A DNA stretch of 52,343 bases from positions 1 to 52,343 of IMG/VR virus record IMGVR_UViG_3300037761_000202; one strand, 5' to 3'. The DNA comes from a virus (taxonomy: Duplodnaviria; Caudoviricetes). Shown here in pieces: positions 16,361 to 25,944 of this stretch. Numbering within the stretch: the first letter of the stretch is position 1; every line of letters begins with the position of its first letter. The notes beneath the pieces are model-generated. The model saw only the letters and a list, made by a program, of their open reading frames with translations, was not told the origin of the DNA and searched no databases. The translations under genes were made by a program, and so were the position numbers.

Positions 16361-17205
16361 CAGGCGAACCCGCCGGCCTGCGCGTCGGCGCCGAGCAGCT
16401 CCACCGCCCGGCGTGGCACCGAGAACGTCATCCCGCCACCACGCACCTCGGTCATGTCGGAGGCGAGCGCCGCCGGCGGGCGGCGGATGTCGCGGCTGCG
16501 CTGGGTCGACCAGATGTGCTGAAGGATGATCCGCCCGGCGTGGGTGATGTTCGCCGGCACCTGCCGCCGGCCGGCCAGGTAGGTGACGCTCCACGGGCCG
16601 CCGGTGAACCACAGGCCGCGCGCGGCCTTGCGGATGACGATGCCGGCCTGCTCGTCCACGTCCAGATCCAGCGGGTCGTAGTCGGTGCCGCCGTCCAGCA
16701 CCGCGACCACCGAGGTCAGCGACAGCACCGGCCTGTGCCGCAGCAGCAGCGCGCGGGTGTCGCACGGGTGGATCCGGTCGACGTAGGTGCGCGCCACCAC
16801 CGGCCCGACACCCCACCCCGGATCCCGTTCGACCACCTCGGTCACCGCCTCCACGAACAGGCGCAGCTCCTCATCGTCGGCGGTCCGGTCGGCCGGGATG
16901 TTCAGGTGCTTTTTCGCGTCTACCAGCGAAAACAACAGTGCGGGGGCCGCGTCGCGGACATCGAACATGTCCGCGTGGGCGGTCACCGGGCCGGTGGTGG
17001 TCAACCGCCACCGGTGCGGACCGGCCTGCACGGTCGGGTAGTCGACCCGCAGAATGCCCGTCTCGGCCGGTGCCGGCACCGACGGAGTGACCGCGGTCAG
17101 GTCCGGCAGGGTGATCGTCAGCGTGGCGGTGGCCGGGTCGGTCAACGCGCCGTCCGAGTCGCGGATGGCCACCGCGATCTGGAAAGAGTCGCCGAGATCG
17201 ATCAC
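16360..17205 (-). CDS. Head-tail adaptor (gp6/gp15-like) with N-terminal Ig-like domain
   Basis: SLVDAKKHLNI...DDEELRLFVEAVTEVVE...YLAGR..VPANITHA; N-terminal 85 aa beta sandwich. Confidence 0.8.
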   Translation of the reverse strand: MIDLGDSFQIAVAIRDSDGALTDPATATLTITLPDLTAVTPSVPAPAETGILRVDYPTVQAGPHRWRLTTTGPVTAHADMFDVRDAAPALLFSLVDAKKHLNIPADRTADDEELRLFVEAVTEVVERDPGWGVGPVVARTYVDRIHPCDTRALLLRHRPVLSLTSVVAVLDGGTDYDPLDLDVDEQAGIVIRKAARGLWFTGGPWSVTYLAGRRQVPANITHAGRIILQHIWSTQRSRDIRRPPAALASDMTEVRGGGMTFSVPRRAVELLGADAQAGGFA

Positions 17206-19994
17206 GTGACACCTCCTGAGGTCGGCACCCGCTGGGCGATGACGGTGACGCTGGCGGTACGGGACGCGACCAGCGTGGCGGTCCCGGGCCGGGTCGGGTC
17301 GAACGCGGCCACCGTCGCAGCCAGCGCCAGGCCGAGCGGCACGTCGGCAACCACCGCATGGTCGGCGCCACCGACCGCGCCAACCGCCACGGACAGCGGC
17401 ACCGTGGCCGTGGCCAGGTAGCCGGTGGTCGTGGTGGCCACCAAGGACAGGGCGAGCGGGATCGTCGCACCGACCTGCCCGGGAAGCACCACCTCGGGCG
17501 CGTCGACCACCGGCGCGACGGCAAGCGCCAGCGGAATCCCGGCGGCCGCCAGGTAGCCGGTTGCCGTGGTCGCCACCACGGCCAGGCTCAGCGGCACCGC
17601 CGCGGTGACCTGGCCGGGGGCACCGACCACCGGCGCGACGACAACCGCGGACACACCCAGCTGGAGCGGAACCGCGGCGGTGACCTGGTGCACGGCGGTG
17701 GCGGTGGCGGCGGTGGCAACCGACAGCGGCACGTCGGCGGTCACCCGGTGCTCCGCCGCGGTCGTTCCGGCGACGGCCACCGACAGGCCGATGCCCGCGG
17801 TCACCTCACTGGCACCGGCCGGTGCGTCGACCGTTGCCGCAACGTCGAGGGCCAGCGGCACGGCCGTGGTGACAGCATGGTCCGTCTCGACGACACCGGC
17901 GACCGTGACCACCAGACCCACGTCGGCGGTCGCCTGGTGCTCCGCCACGGCGGTCGCGGCGACCGCCAGTGTCAGCGGGATAGCCGCGGTCACCTGAGGT
18001 GTGGCGGTCACCCCGGTGGACCACACCACCAGCGCCACGCTGATCTGTTTGGCCGCGTCACCACCGGGCAGGGTGAGCGTGTCCGCGCGGACGCCGGCGC
18101 CCTGGCCGTCCAGGATCAGGTAGCCGGCCGCGCCGCCGTTGCCGCCGGCGCCCTTGCCCGCGTAGCCGTCCAGCAGCAGGTTCCCGCCGCCGACCAACCC
18201 GGGGTTGATGTCCGCGTTGGCCCAGGTGGTGCCGGCCGCGCCACCGTCGCGGATCACCGCGGCGGCGACCAGCAGTAGGTCCCCGGCCGGGATCGACGCG
18301 GTGTCGCCGGTGGCCAGGCTGGTCACGAACGCGGTGTCGGAGTCGGCCACCGCGGCGGCGGCGAACCCGAAGCTGCCGCCCTCCTGGACCCGCAGCCAGA
18401 TCGCATCGGTGGCATCGCCCGACCAGGCCGCGGTGAACACCCCGGCGACCACCTCGGACGCGGGCACGAGCTCGGCCACGCCCACGGAGCGGCGGGCCAG
18501 GTCGTTGGTCGGCAAGGTGGCCTCAACCACCCGGTTGGTCCAGCTGGACCCGCCAGCGTTGGGTGTCACCCCGAAGCTGGTGCCGCCGCCGCGGGACCAG
18601 GCGATGCAGACCAGCCGCTCCCCGACCGCGCACGACAGCGTCGCGGGGTTGATCGACACCTCACCGGAGACCAGCCCGGTGGCACTTGGCGCCGCGACGG
18701 TCGGGGCGACCGCCACGGCCAGCGGGATGTCGGCGGTGACGGCGTGGTCGGCGGCCACAACCGGCGCCACCGCCACCGACAGCGGGATCGAGGCGGTGAC
18801 GATGGCGGGGGGTATGACCGCCACCTCGTACTCGGCCCACGAGTCAGCGTCGTTGACTGCAACGGTGATGCTGCGGGAACCGCCGCCGGACGCCTTCCGC
18901 AGCCACAGCGAGTACCCCAGCCGGTCACCAGCCGACCAGGTCGTGCCCAGGGTCAGCGTCGCAACCTTGATCCCGACGGTGTTGTGCTCGCCGGAGAAGT
19001 CGGAGTCAGCCTGAAGCACCCCGGCCGAGTTGTAACGGTGGACCTGCCACTTGTAGGCCAGGGTGGCCGCGGACACGGCGGTGACCTGAAGCTGGGTGGA
19101 AATCGTGGCCGAACCGACCGCGGTCCCCACCGTCCGCACCCATTCGAGCATCTTCGTGTAGCCGCCGGATGACGTGGTACCCGAGCCGAGGGTGGTCGGC
19201 GTGCCCTGGGTTTCGGACAGGTCCCGGACGATGCCACCAGCGCCCGGCTCATCCTGGGTGGTGCGCAGGAAGTTACGCGAGACGATGGTGAGGCCGGTGT
19301 CCTCATACTGGAAATCCAGGTCGGTCGCGTTCACCGCGGCGCCGACAGCAACCGAGATCTCGTCGGCCCGGTCGAGAGTCCAGTCCTCGATGTTGACGTT
19401 GACGTCGGGCTGGAAGAACGCCCACCCTGCCGTCGGGGCCGCGGTCTGCCAGTTGTTGAGGTGGTCCTCCAGCCCGGCCGCCTCGATCTCGGCGTCACCG
19501 AACGTGTCAGCGGCCCACGGCAGTACGTTGGCCCACACGGCCATGGCCGCGTAGTCGCTGCCTGGACCCCAGCCAAACGTGATGTCGGACGTGCTCCAGG
19601 TCCCAGCGGTCGGCGCTGTCCAGTCGGCGAACGTGCCCGCGGTGTCGACGTGGGTCCAACCGCTGGCAACGTTCAGGAGGCTGAACCGGACTTGAGCGGT
19701 GCCGGTGACCTTGCGGACTATCAGCGCGTGCCAGTCGTCGGCGGTGGCGGTCGGCCCGTTGCCCCCCGAGCCGCCGGAGTACCACTGCACCTTGTTGGCC
19801 GAGCTGAGACCGATCTTCCCAACCTGGGCGCCGGTCGAATCGTAGGCGGCCAGCAGAGTCCTGTTTGTGGAGTCGTAGGCAGCCAACGGCCGAAACAAGA
19901 ACGCGATCGCGCCGAAGGCGAAGCTGTCAACGCCGCCTAACCCGGCGGCGAAGACGACAGCGTCGTCGGCGTCCAGCCGCCGGACGGTCGGCAC
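17202..19994 (-). CDS. Large head/neck fibre-like protein with lectin-like N-terminus and about 20-aa Ala/Val/Thr repeats
   Basis: 930 aa; about 13 repeats of VTAxIPLxxAVAxxVxA; TADDWHALIVRK LamG-like segment. Confidence 0.7.
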   Translation of the reverse strand: MPTVRRLDADDAVVFAAGLGGVDSFAFGAIAFLFRPLAAYDSTNRTLLAAYDSTGAQVGKIGLSSANKVQWYSGGSGGNGPTATADDWHALIVRKVTGTAQVRFSLLNVASGWTHVDTAGTFADWTAPTAGTWSTSDITFGWGPGSDYAAMAVWANVLPWAADTFGDAEIEAAGLEDHLNNWQTAAPTAGWAFFQPDVNVNIEDWTLDRADEISVAVGAAVNATDLDFQYEDTGLTIVSRNFLRTTQDEPGAGGIVRDLSETQGTPTTLGSGTTSSGGYTKMLEWVRTVGTAVGSATISTQLQVTAVSAATLAYKWQVHRYNSAGVLQADSDFSGEHNTVGIKVATLTLGTTWSAGDRLGYSLWLRKASGGGSRSITVAVNDADSWAEYEVAVIPPAIVTASIPLSVAVAPVVAADHAVTADIPLAVAVAPTVAAPSATGLVSGEVSINPATLSCAVGERLVCIAWSRGGGTSFGVTPNAGGSSWTNRVVEATLPTNDLARRSVGVAELVPASEVVAGVFTAAWSGDATDAIWLRVQEGGSFGFAAAAVADSDTAFVTSLATGDTASIPAGDLLLVAAAVIRDGGAAGTTWANADINPGLVGGGNLLLDGYAGKGAGGNGGAAGYLILDGQGAGVRADTLTLPGGDAAKQISVALVVWSTGVTATPQVTAAIPLTLAVAATAVAEHQATADVGLVVTVAGVVETDHAVTTAVPLALDVAATVDAPAGASEVTAGIGLSVAVAGTTAAEHRVTADVPLSVATAATATAVHQVTAAVPLQLGVSAVVVAPVVGAPGQVTAAVPLSLAVVATTATGYLAAAGIPLALAVAPVVDAPEVVLPGQVGATIPLALSLVATTTTGYLATATVPLSVAVGAVGGADHAVVADVPLGLALAATVAAFDPTRPGTATLVASRTASVTVIAQRVPTSGGVT

Positions 19995-20005
19995 AGGTCA
20001 GACCC

Positions 20006-20320
20006 CTACCGCAGGCCCTCGACCGGCGACGCGAACTCGCGGAAGTTCACAACAGGGTCCACAGTCTGGGCGCCCAGGTAGACCTGCCGCAGCAGCTCGT
20101 ACCGGTTGCTCACCGTCCCGACCAGGTTCGCGTCGGGTGCGTTGACCGTGTCGGTGGGATCAAACCCGAAGTTGGCGACCAAGCCCGCGACGCCCTCGGC
20201 CTGAAAGAAGGCGTTGAACTGTTCGATCTCATCGAACACCTCCCGGAGGCGCACCGAGATCCCGCCGATTCTCGTGTTGATCTGGTCCTTCGTGAGCAGC
20301 GCCTTGAATCCAGCGGCCAC
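20006..20320 (-). CDS. Hypothetical structural-module protein
   Basis: RBS AAGGAGGAG; 104 aa. Confidence 0.75.
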   Translation of the reverse strand: MAAGFKALLTKDQINTRIGGISVRLREVFDEIEQFNAFFQAEGVAGLVANFGFDPTDTVNAPDANLVGTVSNRYELLRQVYLGAQTVDPVVNFREFASPVEGLR

Positions 20321-20329
20321 AGCTCCTCC

Positions 20330-20671
20330 TTAGGTGACGGTGATCGGCGCGGCGGTGAGGTCGAGGTCGCCCGCGGAGTTATAGAACAGGTCTCCGACCA
20401 GGTCGACCGCGAAGCGGAGGTTGCCACCGGTGGGGCCAATGGTGTCCCACACGCCCAGGTGCGATACGGCCTCAGAGCTCGGACCGGTGAACGACAGCGT
20501 CGCCGCAAGCGCCGCCACCCCGCCCGATGCGGCGTTGTAATCCGGGGCCAGCCGCTGGTCGGACGTCTGGTCCGCGTTCGTGTTGCCATCCTGGATAGCA
20601 AAGAACGCGCCTTCCAGGTTCAGCCCAGCCGCATCGGCGGCTGCGTTCAGCAAAGTTGTGTCACCAGCCAT
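20330..20671 (-). CDS. Small fibre-subunit-like structural protein
   Basis: VSHLGVWD...GGNL...FYNSAGDLDL pattern seen in small phage fibre proteins. Confidence 0.7.
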   Translation of the reverse strand: MAGDTTLLNAAADAAGLNLEGAFFAIQDGNTNADQTSDQRLAPDYNAASGGVAALAATLSFTGPSSEAVSHLGVWDTIGPTGGNLRFAVDLVGDLFYNSAGDLDLTAAPITVT

Positions 20672-20681
20672 GGCTTGCTCC

Positions 20682-21212
20682 TTAGGGGAATGGGTCGCCG
20701 TCGACGCAGTACCCGATTAGCCGGGCTAGAGGGTTCCCCGTCGCAGTTGTGTCAGAGTTGTTCTTCACGCTGAGTGACCACTGGTTGGGAAGCAATCCCA
20801 AGCCGCTGCTGTGGTTGGGCCACCACCTGGTTATCTTCAGGTCAGGGTCATCTGACAGCGTGTACTCGGCATAGATCATCACGTCATTCGGATCGCCCGA
20901 TGGGCCGCTGAAGCAGTCGACCGTCACCGTTGCCGTGCCGTTGGCCGGGATGCTGCTTATCCCAGTCTGACGGCCACGCCAACCGTCAGTCCAGTGGGCG
21001 TAGCGGTCCTGAGATGGCCAGTTGAGCGGCGACCAGCCAGACGGGCAGGTCTCCTCAGAATCGATCACCCTCAGGTTCCCGGTGCTGTCCTGCCTGCAAC
21101 CGTTGATCGTCCCGTCGGCTGCCGGGATCGAAGCAATTGCTGCACCGCCCACTAACAGCAGCGCAACAACCAAGGCACCGAATCCGACGATTCGCGTTCT
21201 CATACGGCCCAC
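20682..21212 (-). CDS. Secreted Cys-containing protein (start 21212 or 21203)
   Basis: Signal peptide ending AIA-S; SIPAADGTINGC...GNLRVID...C..GW..LNW; visibly lower GC. Confidence 0.75.
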   Translation of the reverse strand: MGRMRTRIVGFGALVVALLLVGGAAIASIPAADGTINGCRQDSTGNLRVIDSEETCPSGWSPLNWPSQDRYAHWTDGWRGRQTGISSIPANGTATVTVDCFSGPSGDPNDVMIYAEYTLSDDPDLKITRWWPNHSSGLGLLPNQWSLSVKNNSDTTATGNPLARLIGYCVDGDPFP

Positions 21213-21222
21213 ATCTCCCTCT

Positions 21223-21348
21223 TCAGTTGTCCGACCCGCTGGCCAGCTCGACATCCTCAGGCTCGGGCTGGTCGGTGGGCTCCGGCTCCGGCTCGCCCAC
21301 CCCGGCCAGCGACAGATCAATCCGCGCGGTCACCTTCGCCGGCTCCAT
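21223..21348 (-). CDS. 41-aa acidic peptide
   Basis: TGATG-coupled; EPEPEPTDQPEPEDVE. Confidence 0.5.
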   Translation of the reverse strand: MEPAKVTARIDLSLAGVGEPEPEPTDQPEPEDVELASGSDN

Positions 21349-21656
21349 CACTGACCCCCATGCGCCCGGTGGTACGCGGTCAGCACGTCGTCCGGGATCT
21401 TCCCCCGAGCCGCCACCTCGTAGCCGGCACGCGCCGCCCACTCCCGCACCACGGCGTTGTCAGCGGTCACCCGCGGGACAGCGCTACGGCCCTCCGGCGC
21501 CCGCTGCCGCGCCTCCGGCTCATCGGCGGCAGCCTTGCGCACCCCGGCCGCAGCCAGCACCTTCTCCGCCGCGCGGACCCGGTCACGCTGGCCGTACGCC
21601 TCCGCGTTCGCCAGCTCATTACGGGCCTGCGCCACGTGCGGCTTCTCCTTGCTCAT
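21348..21656 (-). CDS. Protein with C-terminal Lsr2-type DNA-binding domain
   Basis: NAVVREWAARAGYEVAARGKIPDDVLTAYH matches the Lsr2 C-terminal consensus. Confidence 0.85.
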   Translation of the reverse strand: MSKEKPHVAQARNELANAEAYGQRDRVRAAEKVLAAAGVRKAAADEPEARQRAPEGRSAVPRVTADNAVVREWAARAGYEVAARGKIPDDVLTAYHRAHGGQ

Positions 21657-21664
21657 CGCGACTC

Positions 21665-21991
21665 CTAGCTGAACGTGAACGCAGTGGTCTTCTTCACGAC
21701 ACCGCCCGGGGTGACGATCGTGACCGTCACCGCACCGGCGCCATGGGCTGGGGTTGTCACCGCGACCGACGTGTCACTGGTGACGGTCAGACCGGTGCCC
21801 GGAACGTCGTCGAACAGCACCGCGACGACGCCCGACAGATTGGTTCCGGTGACGGTCACCGCCGTGCCGCCAGCGGCGGCACCGGAGGTCGGCGACAGCG
21901 CGGCAGCGGCAGTCGGCGCCGGATACGCCGGCGATGTCGTGGTCGCCGCCCTGACGACCTTGCCCAGGGTGATAGCTCGCTGGTCTGGCAT
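21665..21991 (-). CDS. IPT/TIG (Ig-like) domain protein, probable capsid decoration
   Basis: LSPTSGAAAGGTAVTVTGTNL...SDTSVAVTTPAHGAGAVTVTIVTPGG...FTF. Confidence 0.85.
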   Translation of the reverse strand: MPDQRAITLGKVVRAATTTSPAYPAPTAAAALSPTSGAAAGGTAVTVTGTNLSGVVAVLFDDVPGTGLTVTSDTSVAVTTPAHGAGAVTVTIVTPGGVVKKTTAFTFS

Positions 21992-22027
21992 GGCTTAGTG
22001 CCTCCTGAATGGACTGGGGGGGTCGGC

Positions 22028-22060
22028 TGAGGCCGAGGGGCATGCAACCCCTCGGCCTCA
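22028..22060 (-). terminator. Hairpin downstream of the major capsid gene
   Basis: TGAGGCCGAGGGG-N7-CCCCTCGGCCTCA 13-bp perfect stem. Confidence 0.65.
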
Positions 22061-22072
22061 CTCCGATCTAGA

Positions 22073-23506
22073 TCAGGTCTCGGTCCCCTGGAACGCCGGC
22101 GTGGTCAGCCCGGTGCCAGTGATCTGCTGGTGACTGTTCGCGTAGCGCCTCATGGTGTAAGCGAAGTAACCGAACAACACCAGCAGCACCCCGAGGTTGG
22201 CGACCTTCGCCTGCTCCGCGCGGATGAACTGGGGCGCGTCCGGGTCCTCCCACAGGAACGACTCGTCACGCGGCACCACCACCACCGTGTCCTGGGTGGA
22301 GCCGATGTTGATCGGGATGTTGTTGTCCACGATCACCCGCATCCCCGACGGGAGCACGCCCCGGAATCCAGAGCCGTACGTCTCGGCCAGATTCTCGCCG
22401 CCGTGGCGCGGGTCGATGCCCGGCTGCCCGATCAGCGGCCAGGTGCTGACCATCTGACTCTGCAGCCAGTACCAACGCCGCGAGTGCATGACCACCACAT
22501 CCGGGTCGGCCTGGCCCAGCAGCGCCGCCTCCGACGCCGCCGCACCCTGCAGGATGCGCGGATACAGGTCGGCGCCGGTCGGTTCCGCGTCGTCGTACGT
22601 GATGTCAGTCGCCACCGCCAGCAGACCCGTGGTCCCCTGGTTGATGATCGTGCTGTCGAGGGTGGTCGCCCACCGGCGCTGAAGGTCCCGCATGGTGACT
22701 TCTTCGATGCCGGTGCCTCGGTCGATCGCCTGCCGGCTGACCGTCTGCTGGCCGGATGCGGTCTGCACGTTCTCGGTCAGCAGCGTGTCGTCCGCGTCGG
22801 TCTCACTCACCGCGTCGTTCTCGTTGGCCTGCAGGGCCACCGAGGTGGGCGTGGTGATCCGGCTGATGTTCACGGTCATGCCTGACGATGGCAGCGGAAG
22901 CGAGGTCATCGCGTCGGCGAACGGTCGCCGAGCCGCCACCGCCGGCGCGAACATCTCGGTCAGGTACTGCGGCACGGTCAGGCCCGCGAACGCGCCGGTG
23001 CCGGTCGCCCGGGTCAGGTACTGCCCGCGCTCGACCCGCTCCTCCGACATGTGCCGGGCCAGCCGCATCTGTGCGCTCGGGTCCTGGTACAGGAAGTTCC
23101 GGGTCACGTCCATGAGGAACTCTCGGCCACCCCGGCAGTTGCCCTTGTGGTAGGTCCGCTCCTCCGACCCCACCCGGGCGACCCGGTCGTATGCCGGCCG
23201 CGCGCCCGCCGTGGTCTTCGGGTCGGCGATCCGCTCCTGAAGCCCCGCCTCGATCTCCTCCTCGGCGGCCTTCGCCCGCTTGGCGTTGGTCATCTTGGTG
23301 CCGATCCCGGCCAGCTCCTGCAGCGCCTGATCACGACGCCGGAACGCCGTATCGCAGTCGGCGTCCTCTTCCTCGGTCATGTTGGCGCGGCCCTCCTGAC
23401 GCGCCTTGGCCAGGATGGTCTTCACTTCCGCGATCGCGCGGTCGCGCTTCTTGATTGCCTGCTCCTGCTCCACCTCGATGGACAGGATGAGTTCGTCCAG
23501 AGTCAT
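22073..23506 (-). CDS. Major capsid protein (HK97 fold, N-terminal scaffold delta domain)
   Basis: Coiled-coil N-terminus then GLTVPQYL...RPFAD...VVVMHSRRW...VIVDNNIP; follows the protease; RBS AAGGAAAG. Confidence 0.92.
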   Translation of the reverse strand: MTLDELILSIEVEQEQAIKKRDRAIAEVKTILAKARQEGRANMTEEEDADCDTAFRRRDQALQELAGIGTKMTNAKRAKAAEEEIEAGLQERIADPKTTAGARPAYDRVARVGSEERTYHKGNCRGGREFLMDVTRNFLYQDPSAQMRLARHMSEERVERGQYLTRATGTGAFAGLTVPQYLTEMFAPAVAARRPFADAMTSLPLPSSGMTVNISRITTPTSVALQANENDAVSETDADDTLLTENVQTASGQQTVSRQAIDRGTGIEEVTMRDLQRRWATTLDSTIINQGTTGLLAVATDITYDDAEPTGADLYPRILQGAAASEAALLGQADPDVVVMHSRRWYWLQSQMVSTWPLIGQPGIDPRHGGENLAETYGSGFRGVLPSGMRVIVDNNIPINIGSTQDTVVVVPRDESFLWEDPDAPQFIRAEQAKVANLGVLLVLFGYFAYTMRRYANSHQQITGTGLTTPAFQGTET

Positions 23507-23565
23507 CGGACTTTCCTTTGCGTTTGCAGGGAAATGGTTCGTCCTGCCTCGCGCGCTGACCAACT

Positions 23566-23710
23566 CAGCCGGTCATCTGCCAGCCGAACGTTGCGTCAGC
23601 CCACCGCCGTCGTGGTCCTCTGCCTGGGCGAGCGGCGCCACCGGCCGTCTTCTGCAGCCGGGAACATCTGCGATAGCGGGTATTGCACCGGGGGCTGGTC
23701 TTCCGCCAGC
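23566..23710 (-). promoter_or_regulatory. Array of four hairpins with G-C(A/G)GA(A/U/G)GA-C loops in the capsid leader
   Basis: Loops CGGAAGA, CAGAAGA, CAGAGGA, CAGATGA on stems of different sequence. Confidence 0.6.
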
Positions 23711-23737
23711 ATCTAGCCCGGGACGTTCGTTGGTAGA

Positions 23738-24679
23738 TCAGACTTCGAGCAGCGCCTCCACATGCGCGAGGCTCCTGCCCTTGGCGGCCTCGGCCTGCCC
23801 CGGTGAGGGCTCATGAACGTGACGCAACTCTTCGAATCGGCGCGCCAGCTCGTCGATGTCCAGATCTACGCGCTTCAGCAGCGAAGCGACTGCGGCGCGC
23901 GCGATCGGCGGGCTCATGCGCCGGAGGTCAGTCAGGATCTCCTGCTGTCGAGCAGCGATCGACGTGTGCGGGTTCGCCCCGTAGTTGACCGCCGACACGT
24001 CGCCACGGTTTATGTCGAACCGGACGATGCGGAACTTGGTGAAATCGTCGTTCCACCAACCCTCATCGATCATGAACGCGAACGACTGCTCGGTGACAAT
24101 CTTGTCGTCGATGGCGAGCATGAGGTCTTTGACCTCGCTGCGTTCCGGGTTCAGCCAGGCGACGTCGCGCAAGCCGGTGGAGTCGCTGGACAGGTCGAGG
24201 GTGCTGCTGTTCCCGTTCCATGGGCCGCCGGTCCGGGCCAACGACAGTCCGCGGTGGTTGACGAGGAACACGACGTCGGGTTTGCCGGCCAGAGTTTCGT
24301 CGGCCGCGCCAACGGCAACCTCTTCTTCGTACGGCCCGAACATGTCCCACATTTCGTAGGAACGGTCGAACACCGTGGCGTAGCCCTCCACGCGATAGAA
24401 GCTCTTGCCGTCCCGCTCGACCGTCTGGGCAAGGAACTGTGAAGGAAACGCGAGGTAGCGCTGCCGGGCGTCGCCTAGATCCGCGCCCTGCCTGTTCCGG
24501 CGACCGTCCGCAGCAATGCCTTCAGCCAGCATGGGCAGCTTCGCCCGGAACGTTGATGGATCGGCCACTCCGTCAGCGTCTCGGGCATACGTAGCGCGGC
24601 GTGCCGCAGCGGCCGCCTGACGCTCGACCGCAGTGCCGGCGGGAGCAACGGTAGTCGCCGACATGTTCTCCTCGCTCAT
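23738..24679 (-). CDS. HK97-family prohead protease
   Basis: VEGYATVF...FLVNHRGLSLART...EQSFAF...DVSAVNYGANPHT. Confidence 0.92.
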   Translation of the reverse strand: MSEENMSATTVAPAGTAVERQAAAAARRATYARDADGVADPSTFRAKLPMLAEGIAADGRRNRQGADLGDARQRYLAFPSQFLAQTVERDGKSFYRVEGYATVFDRSYEMWDMFGPYEEEVAVGAADETLAGKPDVVFLVNHRGLSLARTGGPWNGNSSTLDLSSDSTGLRDVAWLNPERSEVKDLMLAIDDKIVTEQSFAFMIDEGWWNDDFTKFRIVRFDINRGDVSAVNYGANPHTSIAARQQEILTDLRRMSPPIARAAVASLLKRVDLDIDELARRFEELRHVHEPSPGQAEAAKGRSLAHVEALLEV

Positions 24680-25944
24680 AGCGTCTCCTCGAATGTCGGC
24701 GGCCGTGGCACCGGCACCGCCGAATACGGCGACACCCGCTCCCACCGCTCAGGCGCGACCACTTCCCGCTCGGCAGTCTCCGCACTCACCCGCGGCGCCC
24801 CGAACAGCCTCACAAACTCGGCCTCCTGCTCAGGCGTCAACGGCGGCCGGTTGTCCAGCTCCCGCGCCTCGGTCACCGTCATCCGACGGTGCTCGATCGC
24901 CTCATCCATCATCTGAGCGCGCTTCTCCGGGTCCATCCGCAACAGCGCGTCGGTGTTCAGCTTCACGAACCGGGGCACCGGCAGCAGCTTGGTGAGGTTC
25001 TTCTCCCGCCGGGCGACCGCCGGGCCAAGATGCAGGATCAGGAAGTCGAGATGCCGCGACGTGATGTTCTCGTACCGGACGCTGCCGCCGGCTGACACCG
25101 CCGCCTCGATCATGTCCGCCGGCACGCCCAAGAAGCGGGAGATGTCGGCCAGGCCGTACTTACGGCCCTCCAACCACTCCATGCCCATCTTCTCGGCCTG
25201 CAGCGGGTTGTAGTCCCAGTCCCGGCCGGTCACCAGCAGATCGCCGTGGTCCAACGTCTCCCGGTAACGCTGTTTCAGCGCCGCCGCCTCACCCGGCTGC
25301 AAGGTCCGGGCGGTGTTCTTCGCGTGTGCCTTCGGCACCGCGCCGCCGCCGAACCAGTCCAGCGCGAACTGCTGAGCACTCAGGTACTCACTCACCGACC
25401 AGGCCGCGTAGGCGATCGGCGACAGTCCCACTGGCAGACCAGCCACCACGTACTGCCGCTCGTGCCACACCTGATCCGGGGTGTATTCCTTGCCCTTCAC
25501 CCGGTAGCGCAGCTCGCCGGAGTCGCGCAGCTCCCGGACCGTCCAGTCACCCAGACTCTGCAGGTCGATCCGCGCCGGCTTGCCATTCCCGTCCCGGTCG
25601 GTGATCAGCCCCAGCACGTTGCCACCACGGTCAAGGTCCACCTGGGATGCGTACATCCAATCCTGGTAGTCCCACCGCTCACCACCCGGATCGACCAACA
25701 CCGCCGGCTTCGGCACCTCCACCGGCCGAAGCCCCTTCACCCGCCGGAACGTGTCACACGGGAACGTGGAGACCAGGTCGGCGCGGATCCGCAGGCACGC
25801 CCACACCGCCGAGTGGCGCATCGCCGAGTCTGACGTCACCGACACCACACCACGCCGGCCGGTACTACCCGGCCGCGGCGGGATGTCCCCATCGAACAGC
25901 GGCGGACCGTCGATCTTCGACGTGCGACGGTGGAACAGGCTCAT
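24676..25944 (-). CDS. Portal protein (HK97 family)
   Basis: AMRHSAVWACLRIRAD...GLSPIAYA...ISRFLGVP...LLRMD...EARELDNRPP. Confidence 0.95.
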   Translation of the reverse strand: MSLFHRRTSKIDGPPLFDGDIPPRPGSTGRRGVVSVTSDSAMRHSAVWACLRIRADLVSTFPCDTFRRVKGLRPVEVPKPAVLVDPGGERWDYQDWMYASQVDLDRGGNVLGLITDRDGNGKPARIDLQSLGDWTVRELRDSGELRYRVKGKEYTPDQVWHERQYVVAGLPVGLSPIAYAAWSVSEYLSAQQFALDWFGGGAVPKAHAKNTARTLQPGEAAALKQRYRETLDHGDLLVTGRDWDYNPLQAEKMGMEWLEGRKYGLADISRFLGVPADMIEAAVSAGGSVRYENITSRHLDFLILHLGPAVARREKNLTKLLPVPRFVKLNTDALLRMDPEKRAQMMDEAIEHRRMTVTEARELDNRPPLTPEQEAEFVRLFGAPRVSAETAEREVVAPERWERVSPYSAVPVPRPPTFEETL

